Assembly (NCBI GenBank): GCA_046598945.1
Contig: JBKJHT010000121.1
Location: 6,862 to 70,861, forward strand
Direction of reading: 5' to 3'
DNA: 64,000 nt
From: Burkholderiales bacterium
Lineage (GTDB): Bacteria > Pseudomonadota > Gammaproteobacteria > Burkholderiales > JALYOK01
The notes under the pieces: model-generated
The model's database searches: none
What the model was told of the DNA's origin: nothing
Seen by the model: only the letters and a program-made list of their open reading frames with translations
In this document: piece after piece, positions 39,950-50,594 of the stretch
Numbering within the stretch: position 1 is the stretch's first letter
Layout: each line of letters starts with the position of its first letter
Program-made: the position numbers and the translations under genes

Positions 39950-40144
39950 TGTTATTCCTTATAATCGCTGAATACGGTATTTGTTGTTACATATTGATAG
40001 CACGCCAAAACGCCCCGGGCAAGACGAGTGTCATATTTCAGCCAACCCCCTTGCCACGAGGCAGTAGCGATGCGGCTCTTGGCGCATGCCATGCCAAGAG
40101 CCTACCCGGGTGCGGCTTCTGGCGATGCCTAAAAATACTACGCT

Positions 40145-40215
40145 GTCATTCCCGCGAAAGCGGAATCCATGCTGACTATCATGCGCCAAATGGATTTCGC
40201 TTTCGCGGGAATGAC
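40145..40215. repeat. dRS3-like palindromic element, inverted pair
   Basis: GTCATTCCCGCGAAAGCGGAATCCAT...ATGGATTTCGCTTTCGCGGGAATGAC. Confidence 0.88.
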
Positions 40216-40340
40216 GGGGTGGCCGGGGGCTACAACTAATAAAACTTGCGCGGAAGTAATTCGCGCTACTTTCAAGGTAGGCTTAGCAGGCGCTATCGTA
40301 AGCGCTATGCTTGTCAGTTCATTCAGAATCAAGGCACATC

Positions 40341-41108
40341 ATGGCCAAGCTATTCGATCTAAGCGGTAAAGTCGCGATTGTCACCGGCGGTAACGGCGGA
40401 ATCGGTTTGGGCATGGCGACTGGTCTCGCAGAAGTGGGGGCGACCATCGTGATCGCGGCGCGCGACGCAGAGAAAAATGCAAAGGCCGTTGCCGCATTGC
40501 GAACGTTGGGAGTAAAAGCCAGCTCGCGCACCCTGAATGTGACTGATGAGGCTGCATGTAAATTACTCATTCAGCACGTAAGTGCGCAATACGGCCGCAT
40601 CGATATTCTGATCAACAACGCCGGCATCAACATTCGCAAGCAGCCGCAGCAATACAGCCTCGATGAATGGAAGTCCGTCATCGACACCAACCTATCCAGC
40701 GCGTTTATTTTAAGTCAGGCGGTTTATCCGGAATTATTGAAGAACGGCGGCGGAAAAATTATCAACATCGGGTCCATGACTTCGATATTCGGCGCGCCGT
40801 TCGCCGCGGCCTACAGCGCGAGCAAGGGCGGTATCGTGCAACTGACCAAGGCGTTGGCTTGTGCATGGGCGAAGGACAACATCCAAGTCAATGCCGTGCT
40901 GCCGGGGTGGATCGATACGGACCTAACCATCCAGGCGCGCAAAGAGGTGGAGGGATTGTACGAGCGCGTGTTGACGCGCACACCGGCGGGGCGTTGGGGC
41001 AAGCCGGAGGACCACGCCGGTGTCGCGGTGTTTCTCGCGAGCGCTGCGTCGGATTTTGTTACCGGCGCCGCGATCCCGGTCGACGGCGGCTATTCGTCGA
41101 TGGCCTAG
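40341..41108 (+). CDS. SDR oxidoreductase, KduD/gluconate 5-dehydrogenase-like
   Basis: TGGNGGIG, NNAGI, YSASK, RTPAGRWG; start moved to ATG 40341. Confidence 0.9.
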   Translation: MAKLFDLSGKVAIVTGGNGGIGLGMATGLAEVGATIVIAARDAEKNAKAVAALRTLGVKASSRTLNVTDEAACKLLIQHVSAQYGRIDILINNAGINIRKQPQQYSLDEWKSVIDTNLSSAFILSQAVYPELLKNGGGKIINIGSMTSIFGAPFAAAYSASKGGIVQLTKALACAWAKDNIQVNAVLPGWIDTDLTIQARKEVEGLYERVLTRTPAGRWGKPEDHAGVAVFLASAASDFVTGAAIPVDGGYSSMA

Positions 41109-42433
41109 GCGACGGCTTTGGGTGCGTAATCGTCCGCTACCATCGGCGCGATTCGGCCCAAGCCGTCAAACTGCAACGGTTCCAATTTGCCGAGAATCTC
41201 GAATTCGTTGGGCCGGTTCTTGGCATCGGCGTACAGCGCTTCGGAAATCTGAATGTGGCTCAAGTGCAAGGTGTCGGTGACGCGCACAATTTTCAGATCC
41301 TCGAACTTCACCCGCACCACGCTCTTAATGGCGAGCGCGATGGCATCGTGTTCGGTGTTCATAATGATCGGGATCGCCGCGCCATCGAGATAGGTCGAGG
41401 TGATGACGTTGGCGTAGGTGAGGAAAATATCCATGTCCTTGTAAAGCTGCATGGTAATCACATCGGCGCCACCGAGGCCGGTCGCGTTGCCGTGGGTTTC
41501 GGGTGTGAGTCCCAACACGGCGATTTTCTTGATGTCCGGCTTCATGTTCCATTCCGTACCGCGACAATTGCGGCCGGTGATATTGGGGTCCATGCCGGAG
41601 CCGGAAATGTTTTTGCCGATGCGCTCGACGATCAACACGTCGATTTCGTCGAACTTAATACGCGGCATGAATTCTTTCGCTTTCGCTTGCAACACCGCTT
41701 CGCGTTCGAACAAAGTCTCGCCGGGAACGGCTTCGATGATCGCCGTTTCGTCATGGGGATTTTCCACCATCGCGATGCTGAACAGGAATTTGCTTTTGGC
41801 CATAATCATTTTTGCGGCTTCCGGCAACAAGGTGCCGAAAACGTCCATGCCTTGGGTGTGTAAGCTGGTCGCGCCGATGATTTTGCCCATGCCGATGGTC
41901 ATCATTTTGACGATGCCCGATTCGATTGCCGCACGGAAATTCGTGTGGGGTTTGACCCGACACACCAACACAATGCCGTCGGCTTCGCTCGCAAGTTTGT
42001 CTTGGTAAATCGGGATGCCGCTCGAATGCGTGCCGACTTCGATCACCTCCATCGAGGAGCGAATCTCGCAGCCGCAATACGCAGCGGTGATGCCGTAGCC
42101 TTCCAAAACCTCGCTTTGGGTTTCCGCCGTGCCGCCGCCGTGGCTGCCCATGGCCGGAAAGATAAAAGGCTTGGCGCCCAGGGCTTTCAAGTTATCGACT
42201 GTCGCTTTGGCCGCTTCGGCGACGTTGTTAATGCCGCGCGAGCCGCAACCCACCGCGATGCTCATACCGGGCTTAATCTTGGCGCGGATCTCCGGGCGCT
42301 TGAATTCCTCGTTGATGGTGGCGGTGACGCTGGCCAGTTTTTCTGTTTTGAATTTCTGCCGAACTTCGACCATGCGCGGCAAGGGGAAATCCAATCCGCC
42401 TGCGATGTTGGTTTCGATTTTATTGCCGATCAT
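41105..42433 (-). CDS. LarA-superfamily (lactate racemase domain, nickel-pincer type) protein
   Basis: VGCGSRGI, PAMGSHGG, RVKPHT, ESGIVKM, GKNISGSGMD. Confidence 0.78.
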   Translation of the reverse strand: MIGNKIETNIAGGLDFPLPRMVEVRQKFKTEKLASVTATINEEFKRPEIRAKIKPGMSIAVGCGSRGINNVAEAAKATVDNLKALGAKPFIFPAMGSHGGGTAETQSEVLEGYGITAAYCGCEIRSSMEVIEVGTHSSGIPIYQDKLASEADGIVLVCRVKPHTNFRAAIESGIVKMMTIGMGKIIGATSLHTQGMDVFGTLLPEAAKMIMAKSKFLFSIAMVENPHDETAIIEAVPGETLFEREAVLQAKAKEFMPRIKFDEIDVLIVERIGKNISGSGMDPNITGRNCRGTEWNMKPDIKKIAVLGLTPETHGNATGLGGADVITMQLYKDMDIFLTYANVITSTYLDGAAIPIIMNTEHDAIALAIKSVVRVKFEDLKIVRVTDTLHLSHIQISEALYADAKNRPNEFEILGKLEPLQFDGLGRIAPMVADDYAPKAVA

Positions 42434-42495
42434 AATGGTCTCCTAAGTGCGTTCGGTGGGGCGGGGCGAAGTCATCCCAATTTGCGTATTTTTCT

Positions 42496-42561
42496 GCCAT
42501 TCCCACGAAAGCGGGAATCCAATTTCGCGATCCAATGGATTCCCGCCTTCGCGGGAACGAC
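42496..42561. repeat. dRS3-like palindromic element, inverted pair
   Basis: GCCATTCCCACGAAAGCGGGAATCCA...TGGATTCCCGCCTTCGCGGGAACGAC. Confidence 0.88.
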
Positions 42562-42604
42562 AAATCACATATATCATGCGTGTCTTAGCTCACATTCTAT
42601 CAAA

Positions 42605-44623
42605 ATGATCACAGATAAACTGAATATTCATAACGCGCTCCGAAGCCTCAGCGTCGGTCTCGGTTTTGCCATGCTTTTCATTTTCAACGTCGGTACGAAT
42701 CACGCTGCCGTCGTCGATATCCAAATCGAATCGCGCTCGCCGGTATTGCAAGGTAAAGAATTCGGCAGTGTCGGCGCTTACGAAAAACTCGAAGGCATCG
42801 TGACCTTTGCGCTCGATCCGGCACACGCGGCAAACGCTAAGATCGTCGATCTCGATAAAGCGCCTCACAACATGGAAGGCTTGGTCTATGCCCAGGCAAA
42901 TTTCATGGTGCTGCAGCCGAAGGATGCCAGCAAGGCCGCAGGTGTTGGCGTGCTGGAAGTGAGCAACCGCGGCGGCAAGTCCCTGCTGCCCTATTTCAAT
43001 GGCGGTACGCACACCAACGATCCGCTGCGCGACAAAGATTTCGGCGACGGATTGCTGATGCGGCGTGGCTATACGTTGATGTGGGTCGGCTGGCAGTGGG
43101 ACGTGCCGCCCGCGCCGAAAGTGCTGCAACTGTCCGTGCCGATCGCCAAGGATAAGGACGCGACCATCAAAGGTTGGGTACGCTCGAATCGCGTAATGGA
43201 ACAAGAAGAGACCATGATCGCGCTGTCCCATCGCAATCATTTTCCCTACGTCGCGATCGATCAGGATGATCCCGGCGCCACGCTCACCGAGCGAAATACG
43301 CGCGATGGGCCGGGCACGATTGTTCCGCGCGGCAAGTGGTGGTTTATCAGCGGCACCAGTAGCATCGAGGGTGCGGACTTCATGAGTAAAGAAGGCGGTT
43401 TTGCTCCCGGCAAGATTTACGAAGTCGTCTATCGCTCCCAGGATCCGCGCGTGGTGGGGATGGGTTTTGCCGCCGTGCGCGATTTCATGAGCTACGCCAA
43501 ATATGAACCGTCCAGCCCGTTTAAAGTAAAGTATGGATTGGCCTTCGGTGTGTCCCAGACCGGCCGCTTCTTACGCCATTTTCTCTTTGAAGGATTTAAC
43601 AAAAACGAGCGCGAGCGCCAAGTGTTCGACGGCATGTTGATTCATGCTGCCGGCGCCGGGCGCGGTAGTTTCAATCACCGTTTCGCGCAGCCCTCGCGCG
43701 ATGGCCATCGCTTTTCCGCCTTTAATTATCCGACCGATTTATTTCCGTTTTCCAGCGCGCCGCAGACGGATCCCGAATCCGGCGTTACGGCGGGTTTGTT
43801 ACCGAAAACCCATTTACCGAAAATTTTCTATACCAATTCCGGTTACGAATATTGGTCGCGCGCCGCGTCTTTGATTCATACCACGATCGATGGCAAGAAA
43901 GACATCGAGCCGATGGAAAACGAGCGCATCTATCACCTGGCGAGCGGGCAGCATTTTGTCATTCCCTTCCCCCCGACGGAAAAGCTGCGTGGAACGGATA
44001 TTTATCTGGGCAATTCGCTCGATTATTTGGTTAATTTACGTGCTCTACTGCCGCGACTGGCCGATTGGGTTACAAAAGACGATGCTCCGCCTAAGAGCGC
44101 CTATCCAAGAGTTTCAGATGGCATGCTGGTAGAGCCAATATCCATGCGCTTTCCCAAGGTGTCTGGCCTGAAAACCGCGCAGGTCGCCCATGTCCCGCAA
44201 CGCATGGATTTTGGCCCACGTTGGAAGCAAGGCATCGTCGACTATGAGCCGCCGAAACTCGGCAAGCCCTTTGGCGTGTTGATTCCGCAGGTGGATGAAT
44301 TCGGCAACGAGTTAGGCGGTATTCGCAATATCGAAATCGCGGTGCCGCTCGGAACGTACACGCCTTGGGCGTTGCGCACCGGATTGCCCGGCGCGCAGGA
44401 CGAGTTGCGCGATTTTTACGGCACTTGGCTACCGCTTTCCAAGGCGACAAACGCACAAGACTCGCGCCCTGCGGTGAAGGATCGTTATGTGGACAAAAAT
44501 GACTATCTCGAGCAAGCCAAAAGCGCGGCTCAGTCATTGATAAAAGGCGGTTATTTAATAGAAGAGGATACGGATCGGGTGCTCGATCGGGCGGCACAAA
44601 CCTGGGATCGAATCAATCGCTAA
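42605..44623 (+). CDS. Secreted alpha/beta-hydrolase-domain protein of unknown substrate
   Basis: Signal peptide from ATG 42605; EVSNRG, VGWQWD, GVSQTGRFLR nucleophile-like motif, EYWSR, VDEFGN..GG. Confidence 0.8.
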   Translation: MITDKLNIHNALRSLSVGLGFAMLFIFNVGTNHAAVVDIQIESRSPVLQGKEFGSVGAYEKLEGIVTFALDPAHAANAKIVDLDKAPHNMEGLVYAQANFMVLQPKDASKAAGVGVLEVSNRGGKSLLPYFNGGTHTNDPLRDKDFGDGLLMRRGYTLMWVGWQWDVPPAPKVLQLSVPIAKDKDATIKGWVRSNRVMEQEETMIALSHRNHFPYVAIDQDDPGATLTERNTRDGPGTIVPRGKWWFISGTSSIEGADFMSKEGGFAPGKIYEVVYRSQDPRVVGMGFAAVRDFMSYAKYEPSSPFKVKYGLAFGVSQTGRFLRHFLFEGFNKNERERQVFDGMLIHAAGAGRGSFNHRFAQPSRDGHRFSAFNYPTDLFPFSSAPQTDPESGVTAGLLPKTHLPKIFYTNSGYEYWSRAASLIHTTIDGKKDIEPMENERIYHLASGQHFVIPFPPTEKLRGTDIYLGNSLDYLVNLRALLPRLADWVTKDDAPPKSAYPRVSDGMLVEPISMRFPKVSGLKTAQVAHVPQRMDFGPRWKQGIVDYEPPKLGKPFGVLIPQVDEFGNELGGIRNIEIAVPLGTYTPWALRTGLPGAQDELRDFYGTWLPLSKATNAQDSRPAVKDRYVDKNDYLEQAKSAAQSLIKGGYLIEEDTDRVLDRAAQTWDRINR

Positions 44624-44778
44624 GTTATTGGCGTGGCGCGACGGAATTTTTCTTGCGAATCAATTTTCCAGCGGCTACACTGACTTCAGTTTTTGGGGGA
44701 GAATTCGCAACACTCTCCCTTGTCTTTTCCCGCCAGCTCCACCATTGAACATTTTTTTAATGCACCATAGGCGCATCG

Positions 44779-46092
44779 ATGAGAATTAGCATTTTCGGTT
44801 TAGGTTATGTCGGGGCGGTGTCCGCCGGTTGTTTAGCAGCCGACGGCCATACGGTGATCGGCGTCGAGCCGAACGCCACCAAAGTGAAATTGATTAACGA
44901 CGGCGTGACGCCGATTATTGAAAAAGACATCGGTGAGATCATTGCCAAAGCCGTCACGGAAAAACGCCTGTGGGCGACGACCGATGTGGCTAAAGCGATC
45001 AACGATTCGGAACTGTCGATCGTTTGCGTAGGCACGCCGAGTGAGCGCAACGGCAGCTTGGATCTGCGCTACATCCGTAGCTGTTGCGAAGAAATCGGCC
45101 GGGCGCTGCGCGGCAAATCAAACTGGCACAACGTCACCATCCGCAGCACGATTTTGCCTGGCACGATGCGCAGTATCATCATCCCCATGCTGGAGGAATC
45201 GAGCGGCAAAAAAGCCGGCGTCGATTTTGGCATTTGCAACAATCCTGAATTTTTGCGCGAAGGCACGGCGGTGTACGACTATCGCAATCCGCCCAAAACC
45301 GTCATCGGCGAAAACGATGCGCGTAGCGGCGATGTCCTCGCCGGTTTATATGCCCACTTGCAAGCGCCGCTGATTCGAACCTCGGTGGAAACGGCGGAAA
45401 TGGTGAAATACGTCGACAACGTGTGGCACGCGGTCAAGGTGGCATTCGCCAATGAGATCGGCAATATCTGCAAGCCGCTGAGTATCGACAGCCACGAAGT
45501 AATGGGCATTTTCTGCCAGGACATCAAGCTCAATTTATCACCCTATTACCTTAAGCCGGGCTTCGCCTTTGGTGGTTCCTGCCTGCCGAAAGATTTGCGC
45601 GCGTTGTCGTACAAAGCCAAGGCGCTGGATCTGGATTTGCCGCTGCTCGCCAGTGTGATTCCGAGCAATGAAGTGCAGATCGATCGCGCATTCAAGTTGA
45701 TCAGCGACCGCAATGTTAAGAAAATTTCCATCCTTGGTTTTTCTTTTAAAGAAGGCACCGACGATTTGCGCGAGAGTCCCGTAGTTGAATTAATTGAGCG
45801 CTTAATCGGCAAGGGCGCCGATTTGCGGCTGTACGATAAAAACGTTGCCCTCGCCGCGCTGACCGGCGCCAATCGCGATTACATTCTCAACCACATCCCG
45901 CATATTTCGCGCTTGATGGTCGACAACGTGAAGGCTGCCGTCGATCACGCTGACCTCATTATCATCGGCAACAAATCGCCGGAGTTTGTCGACTGGATCG
46001 ATAAAATTCCTGCTGACAAACACATTATCGATCTGGTGCGTATCGCGAAAAGCGTTCGCCCGGTCGAGAATTACGAAGGGATTTGCTGGTAA
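44779..46092 (+). CDS. algD: GDP-mannose 6-dehydrogenase-like nucleotide-sugar dehydrogenase
   Basis: MRISIFGLGYVG, CVGTPS, NPEFLREG, GFAFGGSCLPKD, DDLRESP, C-terminal EGICW. Confidence 0.75.
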   Translation: MRISIFGLGYVGAVSAGCLAADGHTVIGVEPNATKVKLINDGVTPIIEKDIGEIIAKAVTEKRLWATTDVAKAINDSELSIVCVGTPSERNGSLDLRYIRSCCEEIGRALRGKSNWHNVTIRSTILPGTMRSIIIPMLEESSGKKAGVDFGICNNPEFLREGTAVYDYRNPPKTVIGENDARSGDVLAGLYAHLQAPLIRTSVETAEMVKYVDNVWHAVKVAFANEIGNICKPLSIDSHEVMGIFCQDIKLNLSPYYLKPGFAFGGSCLPKDLRALSYKAKALDLDLPLLASVIPSNEVQIDRAFKLISDRNVKKISILGFSFKEGTDDLRESPVVELIERLIGKGADLRLYDKNVALAALTGANRDYILNHIPHISRLMVDNVKAAVDHADLIIIGNKSPEFVDWIDKIPADKHIIDLVRIAKSVRPVENYEGICW

Positions 46093-46098
46093 GCCGCG

Positions 46099-47331
46099 GT
46101 GAAATCCGTTTGGCTCACGACGAATTTTTTGCACCCGATGAATCGGGGCGGGCGGATTCGCACCTACAATATTCTCAAAGAACTTTACCAAACGGATGCG
46201 GTGACGTACCTAGGCTTCGACGGACAGATGCCCGGAGAAGAGCCACTGAAGCGCGCCTCCGAGTACTGCACACGCGCGATTGCGGTGACTCACCGCGAAA
46301 CCCAGCGCGGACAGATTGCTTTTTTTGCCGAACTCGCCGGAAATTTGTTTTCGCTGCTGCCTTACTCGGTGGCGAAGCTGCGCTCCAGGGAACTCAAAGA
46401 TATATGCCAAACGGAACTGACTCGTTCCGATCTCGACTATCTGGTCTGTGATTTCGTTCATGCTGCGGTGAACATGCCGCGCGGGATTCCCGTGCCGGGC
46501 ATTTTATTTCAACATAATGTCGAGGCCGTTATTTGGGAACGCCTTTATCAGCAACAAACTAATCCACTCATGGGCAAGTATTACGAAATGCAGTGGCGGC
46601 GGATGTTCAATTTTGAGCGTGACGCCTGCCGTCGTTTTGATACGGTCATCGCGGTTTCGGAAAATGACGCGGCGAAAATGCGTGCCGACTATGGCTTGCA
46701 TCACGTAGTCGCCATTCCGACTGCAGTGGATACCGACTACTTCCAACCACACCCCGACGTGCCGCGTACGCCGAATACCCTGGTGTTCACCGGATCACTC
46801 GATTGGACGCCGAACATCGACGGTCTGCGCTGGTTCGTCGATTTAGTCTTGCCCCTCGTGGCGCGGGCTGTTCCGAACGTGAAACTAAAGGTGGTCGGGC
46901 GCAATCCACGTTCCGATTTGGTTGCCGCTATCAAGGGATGTTCCGGCGTGGAGTTGATCGGCCGCGTGCCCGATGTGCGACCGCACGTGCAGGGCGCGAC
47001 AGCGTCCGTCGTGCCATTGCTGGTAGGCGGCGGCACGCGCATGAAAATTTTTGAATCCCTCGCGCTGGATACGCCGGTGGTTTCCACCACGATTGGCGCC
47101 GAGGGTTTGCCGCTTGAACCGAACTATCACATTTTGATCGCCGATACGCCGGAAGATTTTTCGCGCGCGACCATCGAATTGTTGCGCAATCAAGCGTACA
47201 GCGCAGCCATGGGTGTGCGCGGCGGCAATTACGTGCGCGAAAAATTCGGTGCGGCTGCCGTCGCGCACGAATTCGCAGCGATTTGCCACGCCACGGTCGA
47301 GCGGGTACGCGGCCCTCGACGCAGATCTTGA
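46099..47331 (+). CDS. GT4-family glycosyltransferase
   Basis: GGRIRT, QHNVE, FTGSLDW.PN, GGGTRMKIFE, VVSTTIGAEGL. Confidence 0.9.
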   Translation: MKSVWLTTNFLHPMNRGGRIRTYNILKELYQTDAVTYLGFDGQMPGEEPLKRASEYCTRAIAVTHRETQRGQIAFFAELAGNLFSLLPYSVAKLRSRELKDICQTELTRSDLDYLVCDFVHAAVNMPRGIPVPGILFQHNVEAVIWERLYQQQTNPLMGKYYEMQWRRMFNFERDACRRFDTVIAVSENDAAKMRADYGLHHVVAIPTAVDTDYFQPHPDVPRTPNTLVFTGSLDWTPNIDGLRWFVDLVLPLVARAVPNVKLKVVGRNPRSDLVAAIKGCSGVELIGRVPDVRPHVQGATASVVPLLVGGGTRMKIFESLALDTPVVSTTIGAEGLPLEPNYHILIADTPEDFSRATIELLRNQAYSAAMGVRGGNYVREKFGAAAVAHEFAAICHATVERVRGPRRRS

Positions 47332-47477
47332 GCGCAGGGCACTGGCCTGCAAGCCAGTACTGGTGCGGTTCTCAGCCCGGTTTTTGAGAGCAAAAACGAC
47401 GTCGGCGCCGTTATAGCATCCTTGCGGCCTTGGTTTTTGATACAATTTCCATCTCACAAATAGGCGCATCAATACCC

Positions 47478-47801
47478 ATGACCTACGTCGTCACCGAAAC
47501 CTGCATCAAATGCAAATACACCGACTGTGTCGATGTCTGTCCCGTCGATTGTTTTCGCGAAGGGCCGAATTTTCTGGTGATCGAGCCCGACGAGTGTATC
47601 GACTGCACGCTGTGTGTCGCCGAATGCCCGGTCGAGGCGATTTATGCCGAGGATGACGTGCCGGAAAATCAACGTCACTATATTCAACTCAACGCCGAAC
47701 TGTCGCGCGAATGGAAGCCGATTATCGAGCGCAAAGAGGCCCCGGCCGATGCGGACGAGTGGGCGAAAATAAAAGAAAAAGCGCATTTGCTGGAGAAGTG
47801 A
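47478..47801 (+). CDS. fdxA: 7Fe ferredoxin
   Basis: [26 protein letters not shown]...[12 protein letters not shown]; 107 aa. Confidence 0.95.
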   Translation: MTYVVTETCIKCKYTDCVDVCPVDCFREGPNFLVIEPDECIDCTLCVAECPVEAIYAEDDVPENQRHYIQLNAELSREWKPIIERKEAPADADEWAKIKEKAHLLEK

Positions 47802-47828
47802 TACTTAGCGCAACGCCTACTTATTGCT

Positions 47829-50594
47829 ATGACCAACGAGCCCGGCCTAACGACTAACGTTGCGCCGGGCTCGAGTTTTTTACCGGCCGCCGCGGTGCAA
47901 ATCATCGCCTGCGCAGCGTCGGCGGACTTGTCTGATGTGGTTGTGCTGGTGCCGAATTTGTACGTCATTCCAGCGTTGCAAAAAGCATTGCAGCGCGCCG
48001 CCAACGCGCCGACGTTGCTACTGCCAACTATCACCACGCTCGATTTGTGGGCCAAGTCCAGCGCGATTTCCCACGCGATTATTCCCGAGAGTCGTCGGCT
48101 GGCGTTACTCTACGGCGCCTTGCGCAAGTCCGGCTGGTTTTCCGGCATCGACTTGTGGCGCGTGGCTTCGGATGCGCTTGCGCTGATCAACGACTGTGGG
48201 CGCCACGGCGTCGCGCTGCCCCAGGACGCGGCTGATTTTCAGCGCGTGATCCGGCAGGCATTGCGCGCAACGGACAATCACGCGATCCAATTCGAGGCGC
48301 GATTGGTGCATGAATTGTGGCGCGCATTACAAACTAACGCTGAGAATGAGATTGACGAGCCGGGCGCCCATGTGTTGCGGCTGGCGCAGCTTGCGCAACA
48401 GGCGAACCGGCCACTTTTTGTTGTTGGCGTTGCCGACACAACTCAAGCCGAGGATGCGTTTTTCCGGCGCTACGCACAACGCCGACCGGTGACGATCATC
48501 GCCATCGGTGAACCCGAAAGTTGTGCTGCGTCGCCGTTATTCGCGCTGTTGAGTTGCGCCTGGAACACGGCGCAATCGGCGCAACCGCTGATCGATAGGG
48601 CCGCAGCATTTCGCGCCAAACATGATTTGAATCCGATTTCAAACAATCTAGGTCTCTTCTCCGCCCAGAGTCTTGAGCAGGAGGCTCAAGCCGTTGCGTT
48701 GACGGCGCGGCGCTGGTTGTTCGAAGGCAAGCGATCGATCGCAATAATTGCCCAAGATCGGTTGACGGCGCGTCGCGCGCGCGCTTTGCTTGAGCGTAAC
48801 AATATTCTTATCGCCGACGAGAGTGGCTGGACGTTGTCGACGACGACGGCGAGTAGTGTCGTCATGGGTTGGCTCGAACTCATCGCCACGGATTTCCATT
48901 TCCGCAACCTGCTTGATCTGGTCCGCTCGCCGTTCTTGTTGTCGAACATTGCGCAGGCGGAACGCGAAGCCTTGACGAGCGAATTGGAAACATTGTTGGT
49001 CGCTTCCGACTATATCGGCGGAATAAATCGGCTGCGCCCTATTCTTGAGCGCCCCGGCTTATCCCCGAATCTCGACCGCATTGCGCGGCTATTGTTGCAA
49101 AGCGCGAACTTATTTACGCGCAAGCAGCGGTCGCTCGCGCGCTGGTTGAGCCTGCTGATGCAGAGCTTGGAGCGGCTAGAGGTCACGGACTCTCTCGGTG
49201 CCGATGCCGCAGGCGCCGATTTATTGCGTCTATTACGTTCGCTCGAGGCGGAACTCGACGGCGACAGCGAAACCCATTCCTTCGCGGAATGGCGTCGCTG
49301 GTTGGATCAACAGTTAGAGAACGCGAGCTTTCGCGATGTGGCCATCGACAGCCCGGTGCTGTTGACCCATCTTGGCCTGACCGATGGACGCGCCTTTGAT
49401 GGCGTCGTGATTCTCGGCGCGGACGCGGATCACTTGCCGTCCACGAAAGAGACGGCGTTGTTCAACGAATCGGTTTCGAATCAACTGGGATTGCCGAGCG
49501 GGGCCGCGCGACGGGCGTTGGAACGGCAGCGCTTGATGCTCCTCATCGCCCAGTCCGGCGCAGTGTTCATTACCTGGCAAGGAACGAAGGATGGCGAAGC
49601 GAATTTGCCGTCGCCCTATTGGGCACAACTTCGGGTGTTTCAGCGCCTCGCTTACGATTGCGATCTGATCGATCGCGAACTTCCGGCAATGATGGAATTC
49701 CTCGCGCGATCGCAATCGGTCGCCGTGCCGATCACGGCGCCGGTCTTGAGCATGCCGCAACCCCATGCGCCCGGACTATTGCCACAGCGCGTAACGGCCT
49801 ATGACTATGGCAGCTTGATTGCCTGCCCGTATCAATTTTTTGTGCGCCGCATGCTCGGGCTGCGTGCGAGCGACGAAGTGGTCGAGGCGTTGGAAAAGAA
49901 AGACTACGGTGAATTGGTGCATCGTATTTTGTCGCAATTTCACCAACGCCATCCGCTGGTGAGCAATCAGGCGGACGCTGATTTGATCGCGGCGCTGCAT
50001 GCGATCACGTTGGCGGTTTTTAGTGATGCGCCTGCCGAAGATTATTTTTCAAGGGCCTGGCGCTTGCGTTGGGAGGCGATCATTCCGGCTTATATCGAGT
50101 GGCAGCGCGAGCGCGAGCAGCAAGGCTGGGTTTGGCAGGCGACGGAGATTTCACAGGAGCGGCCGCTGGCGCTCGCGACGGGCCAAAGCGTGCAACTGCG
50201 CGGGCGCCTGGATCGAATCGACAGCCGGCGTGACGATGACGGCGCAGAACAGTTCGCCGTGCTCGACTACAAAACCGGCAATCACACTGCAATAAAAAAG
50301 CGTGCGGAGAATCCCGACGAGGACAGCCAGTTGCCGTTCTATGGAATGATTGCGGAATCGATTCCGGCGGTGCTTGCCTATGTCGGGCTGGACGATGCGC
50401 CCGTCAAGACATTCGCCATGAAGGGCGAGGTCGTCGACGTTATCGCAATGCACAGTTCGCGCCTTGAGCAAACCTTAAACAGCATCGCCGAAAGTGCGAA
50501 CCTGCCGGCCCACGGGGTCGATGCCGTTTGCAACTATTGCGAAGCGCAAGGGATTTGCCGACGCCGCTATTGGGAAGGCGGCAATGGCGGCTGA
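47829..50594 (+). CDS. addB: AddB-like PD-(D/E)XK nuclease subunit
   Basis: DRLTARRARALL, ACPYQFF, LRGRLDRID, LDYKTG, CNYCEAQGIC Fe-S cysteines. Confidence 0.85.
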   Translation: MTNEPGLTTNVAPGSSFLPAAAVQIIACAASADLSDVVVLVPNLYVIPALQKALQRAANAPTLLLPTITTLDLWAKSSAISHAIIPESRRLALLYGALRKSGWFSGIDLWRVASDALALINDCGRHGVALPQDAADFQRVIRQALRATDNHAIQFEARLVHELWRALQTNAENEIDEPGAHVLRLAQLAQQANRPLFVVGVADTTQAEDAFFRRYAQRRPVTIIAIGEPESCAASPLFALLSCAWNTAQSAQPLIDRAAAFRAKHDLNPISNNLGLFSAQSLEQEAQAVALTARRWLFEGKRSIAIIAQDRLTARRARALLERNNILIADESGWTLSTTTASSVVMGWLELIATDFHFRNLLDLVRSPFLLSNIAQAEREALTSELETLLVASDYIGGINRLRPILERPGLSPNLDRIARLLLQSANLFTRKQRSLARWLSLLMQSLERLEVTDSLGADAAGADLLRLLRSLEAELDGDSETHSFAEWRRWLDQQLENASFRDVAIDSPVLLTHLGLTDGRAFDGVVILGADADHLPSTKETALFNESVSNQLGLPSGAARRALERQRLMLLIAQSGAVFITWQGTKDGEANLPSPYWAQLRVFQRLAYDCDLIDRELPAMMEFLARSQSVAVPITAPVLSMPQPHAPGLLPQRVTAYDYGSLIACPYQFFVRRMLGLRASDEVVEALEKKDYGELVHRILSQFHQRHPLVSNQADADLIAALHAITLAVFSDAPAEDYFSRAWRLRWEAIIPAYIEWQREREQQGWVWQATEISQERPLALATGQSVQLRGRLDRIDSRRDDDGAEQFAVLDYKTGNHTAIKKRAENPDEDSQLPFYGMIAESIPAVLAYVGLDDAPVKTFAMKGEVVDVIAMHSSRLEQTLNSIAESANLPAHGVDAVCNYCEAQGICRRRYWEGGNGG

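Noticed and set aside
40667..41863. 398-aa plus-strand ORF
   Set aside because: Out-of-frame and antisense shadow of the SDR and LarA-like genes.
41945..42604. N-terminal 220 aa of the 892-aa ORF, suggesting a repeat embedded in a protein
   Set aside because: It overlaps the LarA-like gene on the opposite strand and a dRS3-like repeat; the signal peptide starts at ATG 42605.
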